This document shows, in pieces, positions 9,817-20,908 of a stretch of 64,000 nt of DNA; the first letter of the stretch is position 1; the number at the start of each line of letters is the position of its first letter. The DNA lies in assembly GCA_963663765.2 (NCBI GenBank), contig CAXXUA010000007.1, positions 1 to 64,000 on the forward strand, read 5' to 3'. A program made the translations under genes and the position numbers. Source of the DNA: Candidatus Poribacteria bacterium. GTDB lineage: Bacteria > Poribacteria > WGA-4E > WGA-3G. The notes beneath the pieces are model-generated. The model did no database searches. It was not told the origin of the DNA and worked only from the letters and a program-made list of their open reading frames with translations.

Positions 9817-11833
9817 ATGGTTATACGATGTTCAAACTGCAAAGGAGCTTGCACTCTTCCCAATGGAATTGGATAGAGTCAGATGGCGGTTGGCTTTCAA
9901 ACCTACCAGTAATATTCTCGTCTGTGGAGACAAAAACGGTATAATTCATTTTTGGGACATCCTTTCTAAGAAACTGATCAAAAAGTATACAGGTCATGCA
10001 TATAATATCACTTGTATTGGCTTTAATGCCGATGGGAGCGTGCTTGCAAGCGGGAGCGGTGACGAGACGGTACGATTATGGAATACTAACACTGATCACT
10101 ATAAGACTATCAATGTTGGATATAGACCTGATATGCTTTTGTTTAGTCCTGATGGAACAACACTCGCAACCAGTGGTAGAAAAAGTATCATGTTATGGGA
10201 CACGAATATAGGTAAACTCAAACACATATTTGAAAATACAGAACGTTGCTTTCGGTTTGAGTTTAGTCCTGATGGACAGATCCTTGCAAGTAGTAAAGGG
10301 AAGGACACTCTGTTTTGGGATACTAAAACCGGAAAAATTAGAATGATGTTTAAAGATACAATAGAGGAAACTATATTAGCTTTTTCGCCTGATGGAAAAT
10401 GGTTTGCTACCGTAAGAAAAGACTATTACGCAGTTCAATTATGGGACGTACAAACCGGTAAACTGAAGAATACATTTAAAGGAGCACCGAAATATGTTGA
10501 GGAATTTATAACCAATGAGGATGGTTCAGAGAAAGAAATCAAAGTGCCTTCGAATCGGGTGAAATCTATTACATTTAGTCCCAATGGAAACACACTTGCA
10601 GTATCTTATTTGAATGAGAATGTAGTGTTGTGGGACATAAAAACTGGAAAACGTCAAGCAGCTTTAAAAGGACTGCGGAATGTATCTCGTCTGTTGTTCA
10701 GTCCTAATGGACATACCCTTGTTTCAATGAAAGGTTACAACATCTTTTTATCTGATATAAATACAAAAGATATCAAAAAATCTAAATTGAAGCACACAAT
10801 TACAGAACATCATAGTGAGGTAAATTCAACCGCATTTAGTCCTGATGGTCAAACCCTCGCAAGTGGACATTTTAGGTCACTTCAACTTTGGGATCTTCCG
10901 ACTAATAATCAGAAACAACCTAACAGTGATACACTGTATAAATCAGAAAATGTATCTTTGGCTTATTCACCAGATGGAGAAATGCTTGCAGGATTACATC
11001 CTTATTTTCCATTAAACATAACTTTATGGGATGCTTCTACTGCGGAGAAGGTTACAATTTTCAATGGAAATGGCAAGAATTCGCGGAATGGTAATATCAT
11101 ACACCATACTGGATACATCGTTTTCAGTCCAGATGGAAAAACTCTCGCATATAGTAGTCGTGACAATATAGTCCGGCTGTGGGATGTAAAGAAATTAACA
11201 AGTAAATCACTAATAGGGCTAATTCGAGGTGTTGTCTTTGGTAATCAATTTCGTGAGTATAAAGGACATACGGACCAGATTAAGGCGATTGCATTTAGTC
11301 CAAACGGACGCATAGTGGCAAGCGGTAGTAAAGATAAAACTATCCGTCTGTGGAATGTTAAAAATCGTAAACATATAACTACACTTGAAGGACATACTGA
11401 TGAAATATTAACTGTTGCATTCAGTCCAGATGGGTTAACGCTTGCTAGTGGTTGTGGTAGAGGTTCTATCCATTTATGGAATGTAAAAACTGCCAAACAC
11501 AAAACTTCTCTCATAGGTAATGATCTTTTTTCAGCTCCTCCAAGTCTCCCTCATAGAAAAGATGATCCACCAAATATTACTTCAAGGAGACGTAGTGCGA
11601 TCACTTCACTTGTCTTCAGTCATGATGCAAAAACACTCATAAATGCAAATAGAGATGGAACAATTCACTTTTGGGATATGAGTACACTGCAGATAAAATC
11701 TACCCTATCAGGACACGTAGGTATGAATTCTCTTGCTTTCAGTCCTGATGGTAAAACACTTGCGACTGGGAATGCTGACGGGACGGTTCTTATTTGGGAT
11801 GTGAAACCGTAAGCAGTTGACGTAAAAACCACT

Positions 11834-11977
11834 CTAGTGCTTAGTCAAGTGTATATTGATGGGTCTAAAAAGTAGTCGGGAATCGGAGTTCCCTCCTACA
11901 ATACACACAATACACAAGACTTCTGTAGGAGCGATCTCCGAATCAAGACCGACAATAGTATGTTGACTAAGCACTAG
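11834..11977. mobile_element. MITE with CTAG-bounded inverted ends carrying REP hairpins
   Basis: Perfect 15-bp IR CTAGTGCTTAGTCAA / TTGACTAAGCACTAG; internal GGGAATCGGAGTTCCCTCCTAC and GTAGGAGCGATCTCC. Confidence 0.7.
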
Positions 11978-12010
11978 TCATAGAAATGTTCGCGTTCAGA
12001 TTGGTCTTTT

Positions 12011-12907
12011 CTATGCAGAATAGGGACGGAATCCTCGCACCATTAAACCACGATCACTGTTGGATTTTTTTGCTTCCTCTGCTGCTGCAGCGCGTTTCTC
12101 CGATTCCGCACGATTTGCTGCTGTTGTACCACCAATGGTCACAAAGTCATCTGTCCGACGATAACGATTGATAAAAACCGGTCGTGGTTTGTCAGACATG
12201 TTCTGTTTAGAACCGTGCACCGTTTTGACATTAAAAAAGATTGAGTCACCAGCATCACCAATTACAGGCAACGCGCTTTCCCAGGGCCACTCATCCTCTT
12301 CCAAACCAAGGTGTGAGAACGTGTCAATATGCTTGAGTTGTCCAAGTTTATGTGATCCTGGGACAACATGTAGCGCACCGTTCACAAGGTCAGTGTCTAC
12401 AACATAGTTCAAAATACCGACTGGTCCCTGATAGCGATGCTCAAAGTAGGCGGAGTCTTGGTGGAGGTGCTTAGGATGTCCTCCAACAGGTTCCTTATAG
12501 AGACACTGTCCATTTCCGAAAATCTCAACATTCGGTCCTAAAATCGCTTCAACGATACTCACAGCATTTTTATCAAAAGCAGCATGGAAAAACGCTGCAC
12601 TTGATTGATAGTTCAAAGCCAACACCATGATCTGTTTATCTCTGTCATAGCCTTGTGGTGCAGGAATAAAAAGTGTCCCGTTAGGTGTACGCCACCCTTC
12701 AACAATCTGCTGTGCCTTGTCAAGAAGTGACAAAGATTCCGCAACAGCGGCTTCAATGTCTTGTTGAATTGCTTTGATATAGGGTTTCATCAACCCGCGC
12801 ACGATAAGGCATCCGTGTTCTTCAAATATATCTGCTGCTTGTTTTAGGTCCAAATTATCAACCGATATTTCAATTTCTTCAATTGATACACTTTGCTCTG
12901 GTTTCAC
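12011..12907 (-). CDS. Phytanoyl-CoA dioxygenase (PhyH) family Fe/2OG dioxygenase
   Basis: HQD, NGALHVVPGSH, AGDSIFF, HGS...N...R. Confidence 0.9.
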   Translation of the reverse strand: MKPEQSVSIEEIEISVDNLDLKQAADIFEEHGCLIVRGLMKPYIKAIQQDIEAAVAESLSLLDKAQQIVEGWRTPNGTLFIPAPQGYDRDKQIMVLALNYQSSAAFFHAAFDKNAVSIVEAILGPNVEIFGNGQCLYKEPVGGHPKHLHQDSAYFEHRYQGPVGILNYVVDTDLVNGALHVVPGSHKLGQLKHIDTFSHLGLEEDEWPWESALPVIGDAGDSIFFNVKTVHGSKQNMSDKPRPVFINRYRRTDDFVTIGGTTAANRAESEKRAAAAEEAKKSNSDRGLMVRGFRPYSA

Positions 12908-14025
12908 GAATTATCTCCCATTTCACTGAGTTTTATGGTAGGCATTTTGGAAGGTTGTGCATGCAACGAGTCTTCCGTTTCTTCACCGTTGCGTATCTGA
13001 ATTAACTGTGAAGCGATACTTACTGCAATCTCAGGTACGGTTTTAGAGTTTATGTCCAATCCGATTGGTGCGTAAACTCGCTTCAGTTTTTCCATCGGAA
13101 CACCGACTTCCAACAGATCGTCAAAGATTAGTTTTATCTTCCTGCGACTTCCAATCAGGCCAATATATCTTGCGTTAGATTCAACGACACTATGCAGTGC
13201 TGATTCATCATGCTGATGTCCACGTGTTACAATCACGACATAAGTGAGATGGTTGATTGGATATTTCTTGAGTTCCTCCGAAATATCTCCGATGATTATT
13301 TCATCTGCTTCAGGAAGTCTTATAGAGGAAGCAAAATCAGCGCGGTCATCAACAATTGCGATGTCAAAGTCTAACCAACTGCCCAGGTGACAAAGTGCTT
13401 GTCCAACGTGTCCTGCTCCGGCAATAAGTAAAGTTGGTCTGGGTTGAAGGGGTTCAAGAAAGATGGAAGTTGTATCATTTTTTTGGAATACATCCGCACG
13501 GTTTTTCTGAAGGATGTCGGACATTTGACCTTCAACTTCTGTTTCCAAATCCGAATTTCCTAAAGTCCCGATCTTATCTCCGTTAGTAGCAAAAACCATC
13601 TTCTTGCCCACATCGGTGTTGTGCTCATCACTTTTCACAACTGTCGCACAAATTAGGGGTATTTTCCTTGCGTTTAGTTCCTGCATACGTGTGAACATTT
13701 CTGCTTCAGCATGGGTTCTGGGTAAATCTATGAAGATTTTCATGTTACCGCCACATATGAGTCCATCATCCCAACCGTAATCGCTATCCAATTGAAACTC
13801 CAGCAAACGCGGATGACCTTCTTGCATGAGTCCGATGGCTTGTCGGCGTGCTTCAGCTTCAACACAACCCCCACCGAGTGTGCCGATATTGCGTAAGTCT
13901 GGTAGAATCAGCAGTTTTGCACCAGGTTTCTGTGGGGTTGATCCTTTGGTTTCAACCACAGTGCAGTATGCCCCTACTTGATCCGATTCGATTAACTCTT
14001 GGATTTTCTGATATATCTCTCTCAT
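12904..14025 (-). CDS. XdhC/CoxI family molybdoenzyme accessory protein
   Basis: GSTPQKPGAK, GTLGGGCVE, GLICGG, GAGHV, YIGLIGSRRK, APIGLDI. Confidence 0.9.
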   Translation of the reverse strand: MREIYQKIQELIESDQVGAYCTVVETKGSTPQKPGAKLLILPDLRNIGTLGGGCVEAEARRQAIGLMQEGHPRLLEFQLDSDYGWDDGLICGGNMKIFIDLPRTHAEAEMFTRMQELNARKIPLICATVVKSDEHNTDVGKKMVFATNGDKIGTLGNSDLETEVEGQMSDILQKNRADVFQKNDTTSIFLEPLQPRPTLLIAGAGHVGQALCHLGSWLDFDIAIVDDRADFASSIRLPEADEIIIGDISEELKKYPINHLTYVVIVTRGHQHDESALHSVVESNARYIGLIGSRRKIKLIFDDLLEVGVPMEKLKRVYAPIGLDINSKTVPEIAVSIASQLIQIRNGEETEDSLHAQPSKMPTIKLSEMGDNS

Positions 14026-14082
14026 AATTTACAAATGTCAAGGGTAGACAATACGCTGTTGTTTTAGTGCGTCTATTTTCTG

Positions 14083-14459
14083 CAGGGTTTTTTAGTTTTA
14101 GGTGTTTTTGATGATTTATTGCTATGACGTTAATTTTGTGTGTTGCCATCTTGGCCGTGTCTTTAGTCCCGTAGGGACGATATGTTTATAGCAAAATGTT
14201 ATCTACACCTATGGAGTTCCGTAGGAACGGCATAGAAGAATAAACATATCGTCCCAACCATATCAACGCCAAATGCGCCAAATCAACGGTATGAATGCCA
14301 TTAAGGCATTCCCCGTATGGCATTTGTCGGGACTAAAGACCGATGTTCATGTTTCAATAATCTAAATTTGATGTAATAGGTGCAGTTTGGAATCCTCATT
14401 TGGGGTATTAATTTTCAGTAAATCTCAATAACAAAATACTTTTAAACTGAATAACCCTA
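14083..14459. mobile_element. CAGGG-ended (ISAs1-like) MITE with nested REP element and hairpin insert
   Basis: CAGGGTTTTTTTAGTTT ... AAACTGAATAACCCTA; 14401-14459 is nearly the reverse complement of 35119-35178. Confidence 0.7.
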
Positions 14460-14872
14460 ATTTCTATCTAAGTTTTTGATTATTTCTTTTCTCTTCATTG
14501 TCATTTGCAGCACAGCAAATAACAATGATATGCAGTATACATACTGCGAACTCAATAAGTGCTATTAGTCAAAAGATAGATAAGAAAAATTAGAAATCTG
14601 CTATTCAAAGATTTCAAATCTGTGTCTACACTTTCAAATTGCCCCATTTATGAATGCAACATCTTCTTTCAAAGTAGAGTGTATCTCATAAATCATTTGT
14701 ATAACGGGGACCCAGTACATGCTTGTTTAGAATAAACGAAAATACAGTTGTGGCACCAAGTCAAGAATTCATGAAATCAAAGGTATGAACACCATTAAGG
14801 TGTTCCCTAGATATAAATGCAATTAAGGTGTTCTCCGAGCATGAATGCCTATTAGCATTATAATTGTATTTG

Positions 14873-15697
14873 TTATTGCTTACGGGGAATATACACACAA
14901 CGAAAACCGCCAAAGGCACTTGAGTATTTTGTTGCCCCAGCATCTCGGTTATCCACACGTAGAAATTTGATGTTGTCTGTCCAACAACCACCTCGAAAGA
15001 CGCGATAAGTCTTGCTATTATTGAAATTATCTATAACATCTGTTATAGAACCTTTGTTGAAGGGATTTTGTTTCTTAGATTTCACATAAAACTTTTTATC
15101 ATATTCATCTAAACACCATTCCCATACATTGCCAGCCATATCGTATAATCCGTAGCCGTTGGGATCGTACTGTCCAACAGGTTCGGTATCATTGATATAC
15201 CTAGCATGGTTTGCCTTTTCAGGATCCGTTGCATTCCCCCAAGGATATGCTTTACCAACCAGACCGCCGCGAGCCGCTTTTTCCCATTCCGCTTCTGTCG
15301 GTAATCGTTTCCTTGCCCATTTTGCGTAAGCCATCGCGGCATACCAACTTACATAAATAACTGGATGATTCCCTTTATCCGACGGGTAATTGTTCTTATT
15401 CCATAACCTCAGATATGTACTATCATGGAATCGCTCTGCAATGTTTTCTTTTTGCCAATTCGGATTAGCATCAATGAATTTTTTGTATTGTGCGTTCGTT
15501 ACTTCATAGATGTCCATGTAAAACGCATCTACATAAACGGTATGTCTCGGTCTTTCATCGGTGGGACCATCGTGATGCCCCATTTCAAACTCGCCAGCAG
15601 GTATAAGTACCATATCTTCAGGCAAATCATTTGCGTGTGAAATATAGCAGAATAACACACACACTAAAAAAAGCTGCGTTATTTTTTCTTTTCTCAT
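14873..15697 (-). CDS. Secreted FGE-sulfatase (SUMF1)-domain protein
   Basis: MVLIPAGEFEMG, YEVTNAQY, RLPTEAEWEKAARGG, GLYDMAGNVWEW, GFRC; the longer ORF start lies inside a MITE. Confidence 0.9.
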   Translation of the reverse strand: MRKEKITQLFLVCVLFCYISHANDLPEDMVLIPAGEFEMGHHDGPTDERPRHTVYVDAFYMDIYEVTNAQYKKFIDANPNWQKENIAERFHDSTYLRLWNKNNYPSDKGNHPVIYVSWYAAMAYAKWARKRLPTEAEWEKAARGGLVGKAYPWGNATDPEKANHARYINDTEPVGQYDPNGYGLYDMAGNVWEWCLDEYDKKFYVKSKKQNPFNKGSITDVIDNFNNSKTYRVFRGGCWTDNIKFLRVDNRDAGATKYSSAFGGFRCVYIPRKQ

Positions 15698-15705
15698 TAC
15701 CACAT

Positions 15706-15817
15706 TATAGTGAAATTTACAAATAAGTTTACACATCTTCTGTAGGAACGACTCCCGGTAGCGACTCGGGGTCGCTCCTACCAGTTTAGTGTATAATTAA
15801 TTGTATAATCTACCATA
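15706..15817. mobile_element. IS630-like MITE with REP palindrome cargo
   Basis: Left end TATAGTGAAATTTACAAATAAGTTTACA resembles the IS630 end at 25630; cargo GTAGGAACGACTCC...GGGGTCGCTCCTAC. Confidence 0.65.
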
Positions 15818-15845
15818 TAGAAGCACATTAGGAATTAGAGATTAC

Positions 15846-16288
15846 AACGTATCTCATAATTATTTTGGTTAAATATCTTTTTATGAGGTGCTACCATTTC
15901 AAAACCACTTCCTCTCAATGACGCATCTAAAGGATCAGCGTCATTGACTTTGTCCCCAATCAGTACTGCGGGGTTATAGTAAAACTCGTAATTATTTGCA
16001 CATGCTGCACGGAACGCAGGGGTTGGGTAACCCAACCCCTACAAATGTATTATGTAAGATCCTACAGCGGAGTGTAAACATATTTTCAGATTCTACTATA
16101 AATGCGCAATGTAGATCGGAGCGACCTTAGCGGCCTTCGACATGTATTACTCATAGTTAATGCACTCATAAGATGCTTTTTAATAATAGATCGTAGTTCA
16201 TAAATCCGATTGTTAGACTTCCTATTTCACTCTCATCATAAGGGGGTCTCCAGTCCAATGTTACTATAAAGTGATTTATGAGATATGT
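15846..16288. mobile_element. Putative MITE (AACGTATCTCATAA / TTATGAGATATGTT ends) containing a nested IS630-like MITE at 15975-16100
   Basis: Same end motif as at 20044-20130; inner TATAGTAAAACTC ... GATTCTACTATA surrounds REP GGGGTTGGGTAACCCAACCCCTAC. Confidence 0.55.
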
Positions 16289-16297
16289 TATAGGATA

Positions 16298-17221
16298 TCA
16301 ACTATAGTTTTGTGATGCTGCACTTTGCGCTACAAGTTGTTTGAACTGTTCAGTCTGTGTACCTGTGAGTTCCAATGGAAAAATGTTCTCAATTCCTTTA
16401 CTACCCATTTTTGAGGGAACATTGAGGAAAACAGAAGTTGTGTCAGTAGAGATTAACGTACCGACACACATCACGCGTTTCTTATCAAGGCTAATGTTTG
16501 AAACGACTTGTAGAATATGACTTGCTAATGTAAAATCGCTTGAGGAAGTATAAGGACACCGTTCAACAGCAGCTTCAGATATACTTTGAATATCGGATTC
16601 CTTCATCAATTGTGATAGAGGGATTCCATTGACTCTACAATACTGAGTTAACGGGTGCGTTACTTCGTCGTTACCGATAGCTAATGCGGAGACATCCTTA
16701 ACAGAAATACCCAACCGATTAGCAATTTCAGATTTTAGGTGTGCAGTTGAAACGCCGTTTGCAATACCAATGATGTTGTTCAAACCATGCTTCTGATGTA
16801 TCCATGCTGCGATATAATTTGCATAAGGCATGGCGATCAGGATGATGGCATTCTGGAGATGTTCTTGAATTTTAGGCACAATCTGTCGAGTGACTGAAAG
16901 ATTTGTCGTTTTCAATGCTTGTGATGAATGAAAACCGTAAGGCAAAGATGTTGGCAGGAGGACTACCACATCTGAATCAGATAAATCTTCACTCTTGTTC
17001 GTAATTGAAATCTTGGTGTCACTTGAACTCATAGCAGTTGCCAGTGCCAAATCTTCTATACTACTGCTGAGCGTTTTTTGTAGATTTGCAGTACGACTAC
17101 CCAGTTTACTACCAGTTTGTGTGTCATTGTAAAAGATGATTTGCTGTGCTAACTCCGGTTGACAAATACCCCATGTCACCGAAAGTGCCATCTGGCTTGC
17201 ACCTATAATAGCTATTTTCAT
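16298..17221 (-). CDS. Degenerate lactate/malate dehydrogenase-fold protein
   Basis: MKIAIIGA start, DLSDSDVVV, IANRLGISVKDVSALAIG, VNGIPL, VPSKMGSKGIE match the LDH/MDH scaffold; catalytic motifs altered. Confidence 0.75.
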   Translation of the reverse strand: MKIAIIGASQMALSVTWGICQPELAQQIIFYNDTQTGSKLGSRTANLQKTLSSSIEDLALATAMSSSDTKISITNKSEDLSDSDVVVLLPTSLPYGFHSSQALKTTNLSVTRQIVPKIQEHLQNAIILIAMPYANYIAAWIHQKHGLNNIIGIANGVSTAHLKSEIANRLGISVKDVSALAIGNDEVTHPLTQYCRVNGIPLSQLMKESDIQSISEAAVERCPYTSSSDFTLASHILQVVSNISLDKKRVMCVGTLISTDTTSVFLNVPSKMGSKGIENIFPLELTGTQTEQFKQLVAQSAASQNYS

Positions 17222-17231
17222 GTCTTTGTTC

Positions 17232-19991
17232 CTATAGTAGCGTATCTACAATTTCTTGGAAACGAGATTCAAGGTTTTCACGCTGTTTGCACATATCCGC
17301 ACTGGGTTTTAGTTTTGTTTCAAGCAATTCGTCGTAACGTTCGGCATATTCCATTAAGGTTTCTACTTCCTTTTCATAACAGACAGTTGAGGCTAACACC
17401 TTCTCTTTTATAACAACAGGGAGTTCTTCTTGTGTTATCTGTGTTAGTTCCCATCTCCATACTTTTTCAGAGATATACTCTACAAACAGATCTAATGATT
17501 TACCTTGATAATTACTGTTTTGAAGTTCTCTTACTTCTTGTATTAGTGTTAATACTTGATTGAAAAGTGAGTCGGACAAAATACTTCTTAATTCCATAAG
17601 GATTCGACCTGTTGTTGAAATAGGTAACTTGTTTTGTAGGAGAAATACTCGCAGATTCGGATAGTCGTTCACAGTTTTTATATCGTTTAGCCAAGTATCC
17701 CCAATTGAAGGGAGTTCATTTAGGTCAAAACTCAAAACCTGTTTCTTACGTATTTCTTCAATTGTAGATCCGTTCTTCCTTAGACCTGCATTTGCAAGTG
17801 TGTTTATAGCTTCGGTTTCATCATACGGTTTCAAGAAAGCGATCATGTCGTTAACTTTTGTTTGTACTGTTTGGATAGTATCTGAAATTAGATTGCCGTT
17901 GTTATTCACATTGACTGAGTTGAGCTTTTTTTCTTTACGCGATGTGTTTGTCAGACGGCTTGCACGTTTTGATAACGTTACATTATATTGTTCTAATTCT
18001 TCGCGAAGCAAAGATAGAGTCATATCACCATGGATAGCGAGTTTTTCTGCAGTCGTAATATCTCTTAAGCTATGTCCTGTTTTTTTCACAAGTGCTTTAT
18101 TGAGATTTCGTTCCAAGGTTTTCCGGTCCCTTTCATCATCTATAATCAGTTGACTTTCCAATGTCAGGTTCATAAGTCGTTTCGTTTGGTCAGGCACACT
18201 GATATTGATGTCGCAAGTAGGTTGAAAATCGTGGAGAAGTTTTTCCCGCGTTTTACCATTTAGGACTAATGTCCATAATGTTGCGTAATACTTTTGGATT
18301 GTGTCTGTTTCTTTCGGGGCGTGTTCAATCCAAGACTTTATGATTGGAAGATGATATTCGACACGTTTTAGTATATCTACAAATTCTTTTTCCGCAATCT
18401 CAAAACCATTGATTTTTGCTGTTGAATGTCTGTTTGCATTATTGTTCCGTTGTGATGACATAGACTTTGGAGCTAAGAGTATGGTCTCCAGTGGGTGTAT
18501 CACCTTTTCAAAAATCTGATTGTGCTGACTTGCATGGTTAGCGATTTCAAGGCAAGATAACCAGACATTTCGCATTCTTTCGATCTGTGATGGGTGCCAT
18601 GTAGAGCGAAGACCTATTCGTGTGATCTTTTCCTGTACAGTACCAGATGTCCATTCTGGAAGATGAATATTTTCAAGTAGAACGTCATCTTCTGTAATTT
18701 GTAGTTGTACCTTTTTAACAAGTTCTGTATCAATAAAATCTGAATGAAAAACAAGGTCATAATAAAGAGCTGCGGCTTGATCCATCACTTTATACGTTAA
18801 GATGTAACTTGATTGGATTATATTGTTATAGGTAAACTGTTGGTTTTCCTGCAATTGCCATAACTCAATTATCGGGTCAATCTTTTCTTTTAGCAGGTTT
18901 GTTGCATTCAGTGATATTTCCTCGTCAAAATGATCACTGATGAATGTATTGAAATAATCACAGAATACTAAGTTTGTATTTCGTAGTTCACGTACGATGA
19001 GATCATCCCACACTTTATGATGAAGTCGTTGTCCACGGTCTAACATCAGTGCCTTTAATCGACTATCTACACCTTGTTGAAATTGTGTCATCAACTGATA
19101 TGCATGTTGATTTACTTTCTCTCTATAATTTCCGATTTTTTTGGAACATTCATTTATCGCATCCTCAATATCCGTTGTTTTCCCAACGATCTCAATCGGG
19201 ACGAGTTTAACATTTTCTGATTCAAGTGGATTATATACTGCTGCAATAGGTAAAATACGCAGAGATCGCACTGTATCTGAATTTTCTTGATCCAAAATCC
19301 GATTCTTTAATGCTAAACTGTATTCTAAGTCAGTCAAATCAGGATAGTGCTTTATGTGTGTACGTATACACACAAATACAGTCTTGTCACCATTTTTGTC
19401 AATTTCGGATAATAATTCATCGTCATTGAGATTTACGCGATTGATATGAGTCTGTTCTGGAATGATAACTTTTTCTACTTGTTGCGAACTTTTAGTTGTA
19501 TCAGTAAGTATAAACCCTCCTGTTTTGATAGTATTTGGTACGATCAGTCGAGATTGTAATACTTCTTCAGTTAATTGAGTAAGAGTAAGGGATTTCCCTA
19601 AGTGTTGAACAGTGATATTTGCTAATACACCGTCAGCGAAATCCGTTATTTGTCGGATGTTGCGTTCTAATTCCTGCACACTTTTTTGTACGCGGTCATA
19701 ATCGTCAATTGCTGCGGCTTGTATGATGGATTCGTCAATCCAAGACACCCATGCACCTGGACGATATTTCATTTTGAGTGTCAGTTTCCCATCTTTGGAG
19801 TCAAAACCGGGAAGTACTTGGCTTTCAGAGGACTTTTTCGGTGTCCATACAATAAGATGTTTCGTGTTACCACTACCGAGTGTTACCCCAAAAGTGTCTC
19901 CCCAACTTATCCGTCCTTCAACACTTGCTTTGATTTTATCCGTTAATGTAAAAAGTGAGTCTGCGTGAAAATTTAGTGAAATATCTTGCAT
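17232..19991 (-). CDS. Large hypothetical protein (919 aa, largely helical)
   Basis: Long uninterrupted ORF, GGAGG upstream, no motif recognised. Confidence 0.8.
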   Translation of the reverse strand: MQDISLNFHADSLFTLTDKIKASVEGRISWGDTFGVTLGSGNTKHLIVWTPKKSSESQVLPGFDSKDGKLTLKMKYRPGAWVSWIDESIIQAAAIDDYDRVQKSVQELERNIRQITDFADGVLANITVQHLGKSLTLTQLTEEVLQSRLIVPNTIKTGGFILTDTTKSSQQVEKVIIPEQTHINRVNLNDDELLSEIDKNGDKTVFVCIRTHIKHYPDLTDLEYSLALKNRILDQENSDTVRSLRILPIAAVYNPLESENVKLVPIEIVGKTTDIEDAINECSKKIGNYREKVNQHAYQLMTQFQQGVDSRLKALMLDRGQRLHHKVWDDLIVRELRNTNLVFCDYFNTFISDHFDEEISLNATNLLKEKIDPIIELWQLQENQQFTYNNIIQSSYILTYKVMDQAAALYYDLVFHSDFIDTELVKKVQLQITEDDVLLENIHLPEWTSGTVQEKITRIGLRSTWHPSQIERMRNVWLSCLEIANHASQHNQIFEKVIHPLETILLAPKSMSSQRNNNANRHSTAKINGFEIAEKEFVDILKRVEYHLPIIKSWIEHAPKETDTIQKYYATLWTLVLNGKTREKLLHDFQPTCDINISVPDQTKRLMNLTLESQLIIDDERDRKTLERNLNKALVKKTGHSLRDITTAEKLAIHGDMTLSLLREELEQYNVTLSKRASRLTNTSRKEKKLNSVNVNNNGNLISDTIQTVQTKVNDMIAFLKPYDETEAINTLANAGLRKNGSTIEEIRKKQVLSFDLNELPSIGDTWLNDIKTVNDYPNLRVFLLQNKLPISTTGRILMELRSILSDSLFNQVLTLIQEVRELQNSNYQGKSLDLFVEYISEKVWRWELTQITQEELPVVIKEKVLASTVCYEKEVETLMEYAERYDELLETKLKPSADMCKQRENLESRFQEIVDTLL

Positions 19992-20043
19992 TGCGTCAAT
20001 TTTAAATTGTCCTCCATATTAATAACTTATATACCTATTAACG

Positions 20044-20130
20044 TATCTCATAAATACGATTTTGTTAAAATCCACTATAACGAGTGTTTGGTAAATCGGG
20101 GTTAGAAACCCTCCTACTATTTATGAGATA
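20044..20130. mobile_element. Small MITE with REP cargo
   Basis: 13-bp IR TATCTCATAAATA / TATTTATGAGATA enclosing GGGGTTAGAAACCCTCCTAC. Confidence 0.55.
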
Positions 20131-20221
20131 GGCTATACTTAAACAAAGCGTTTGACTGCTGTGTTTTATCTCAATTTAAACGAAAATGTATGTGTTCTTT
20201 AATCGGTTTATATTATTTAAT

Positions 20222-20812
20222 TTAACGAGTTTCTTTAGGTATATTTTCGAAGTTAATTTCTTGTTTTATTTCAAGTCCCCAAACGTCCCAACCTTCTACT
20301 TTTTTTCTTGCAAAAAGTTCAAGTTTACTTTGATCTGGAAACATTTCATTTATGCGGTTTCGGACTTCATCTGGTTTTTCGGAATGCCGTGTTCGTTTTG
20401 CTTGAACAAGTTGTCGTATATTTCGCATTCCTCTGGGTTGTGGTATCCTGCCACGTTTAAAGACGAGACATAATTCACATTGACTCATCGTATAGAATCC
20501 AGGATTGACGCGACACTTGTCCCAAACAAATGCAACAGTTGCCCAACGAAATCCCCAGGCTTTTCCTAACATGATTGCTTGGTCAAGATGAGGGGATGTA
20601 CTCCACATGAATAGAAGGCAGTTTTCAGTGGTGATAGATGCAATGTTCCAAAGTGCCATCTCTGTTACAGATATGGTTGGATAATGTCGGATTGCTCCAC
20701 CGCTGTCTTTGCCGTCAGTACCTGTGTGCTGCAATTGCCCTTTGTAATCCCAAGGTGGGTCAGCGTAGAGAATTTGATATTTTTTCTTCGGAAATGGTGG
20801 GTGTGATAACAT
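20222..20812 (-). CDS. MT-A70 family adenine methyltransferase
   Basis: YQILYADPPW, LFMW, WGF, FVWDK, HSEKP, KLELFAR, GWDVWG. Confidence 0.9.
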   Translation of the reverse strand: MLSHPPFPKKKYQILYADPPWDYKGQLQHTGTDGKDSGGAIRHYPTISVTEMALWNIASITTENCLLFMWSTSPHLDQAIMLGKAWGFRWATVAFVWDKCRVNPGFYTMSQCELCLVFKRGRIPQPRGMRNIRQLVQAKRTRHSEKPDEVRNRINEMFPDQSKLELFARKKVEGWDVWGLEIKQEINFENIPKETR

Positions 20813-20908
20813 AGTTGTTTACAGACAGCACCTTTCGTTATTAGTGCGTTGTTGCTGACTGTATCGTGAGTCACTTGAATAGAATAGGAAACTGATTCCA
20901 TTTATATT

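Larger units (their letters stand above)
8135..11812 (+). pseudogene. Secreted WD40-repeat protein gene interrupted by an IS
   Basis: 5' part (signal peptide, LPEGATLRLGKG...GIWL) joins in frame to YDVQTAKEL... once the IS and one TSD copy are removed; many FSPDG/LWD repeats in the 3' part. Confidence 0.9.

Noticed and set aside
14280-14315. 36-nt hairpin as a CRISPR repeat
   Set aside because: Copies are hundreds to thousands of bases apart, not regularly spaced
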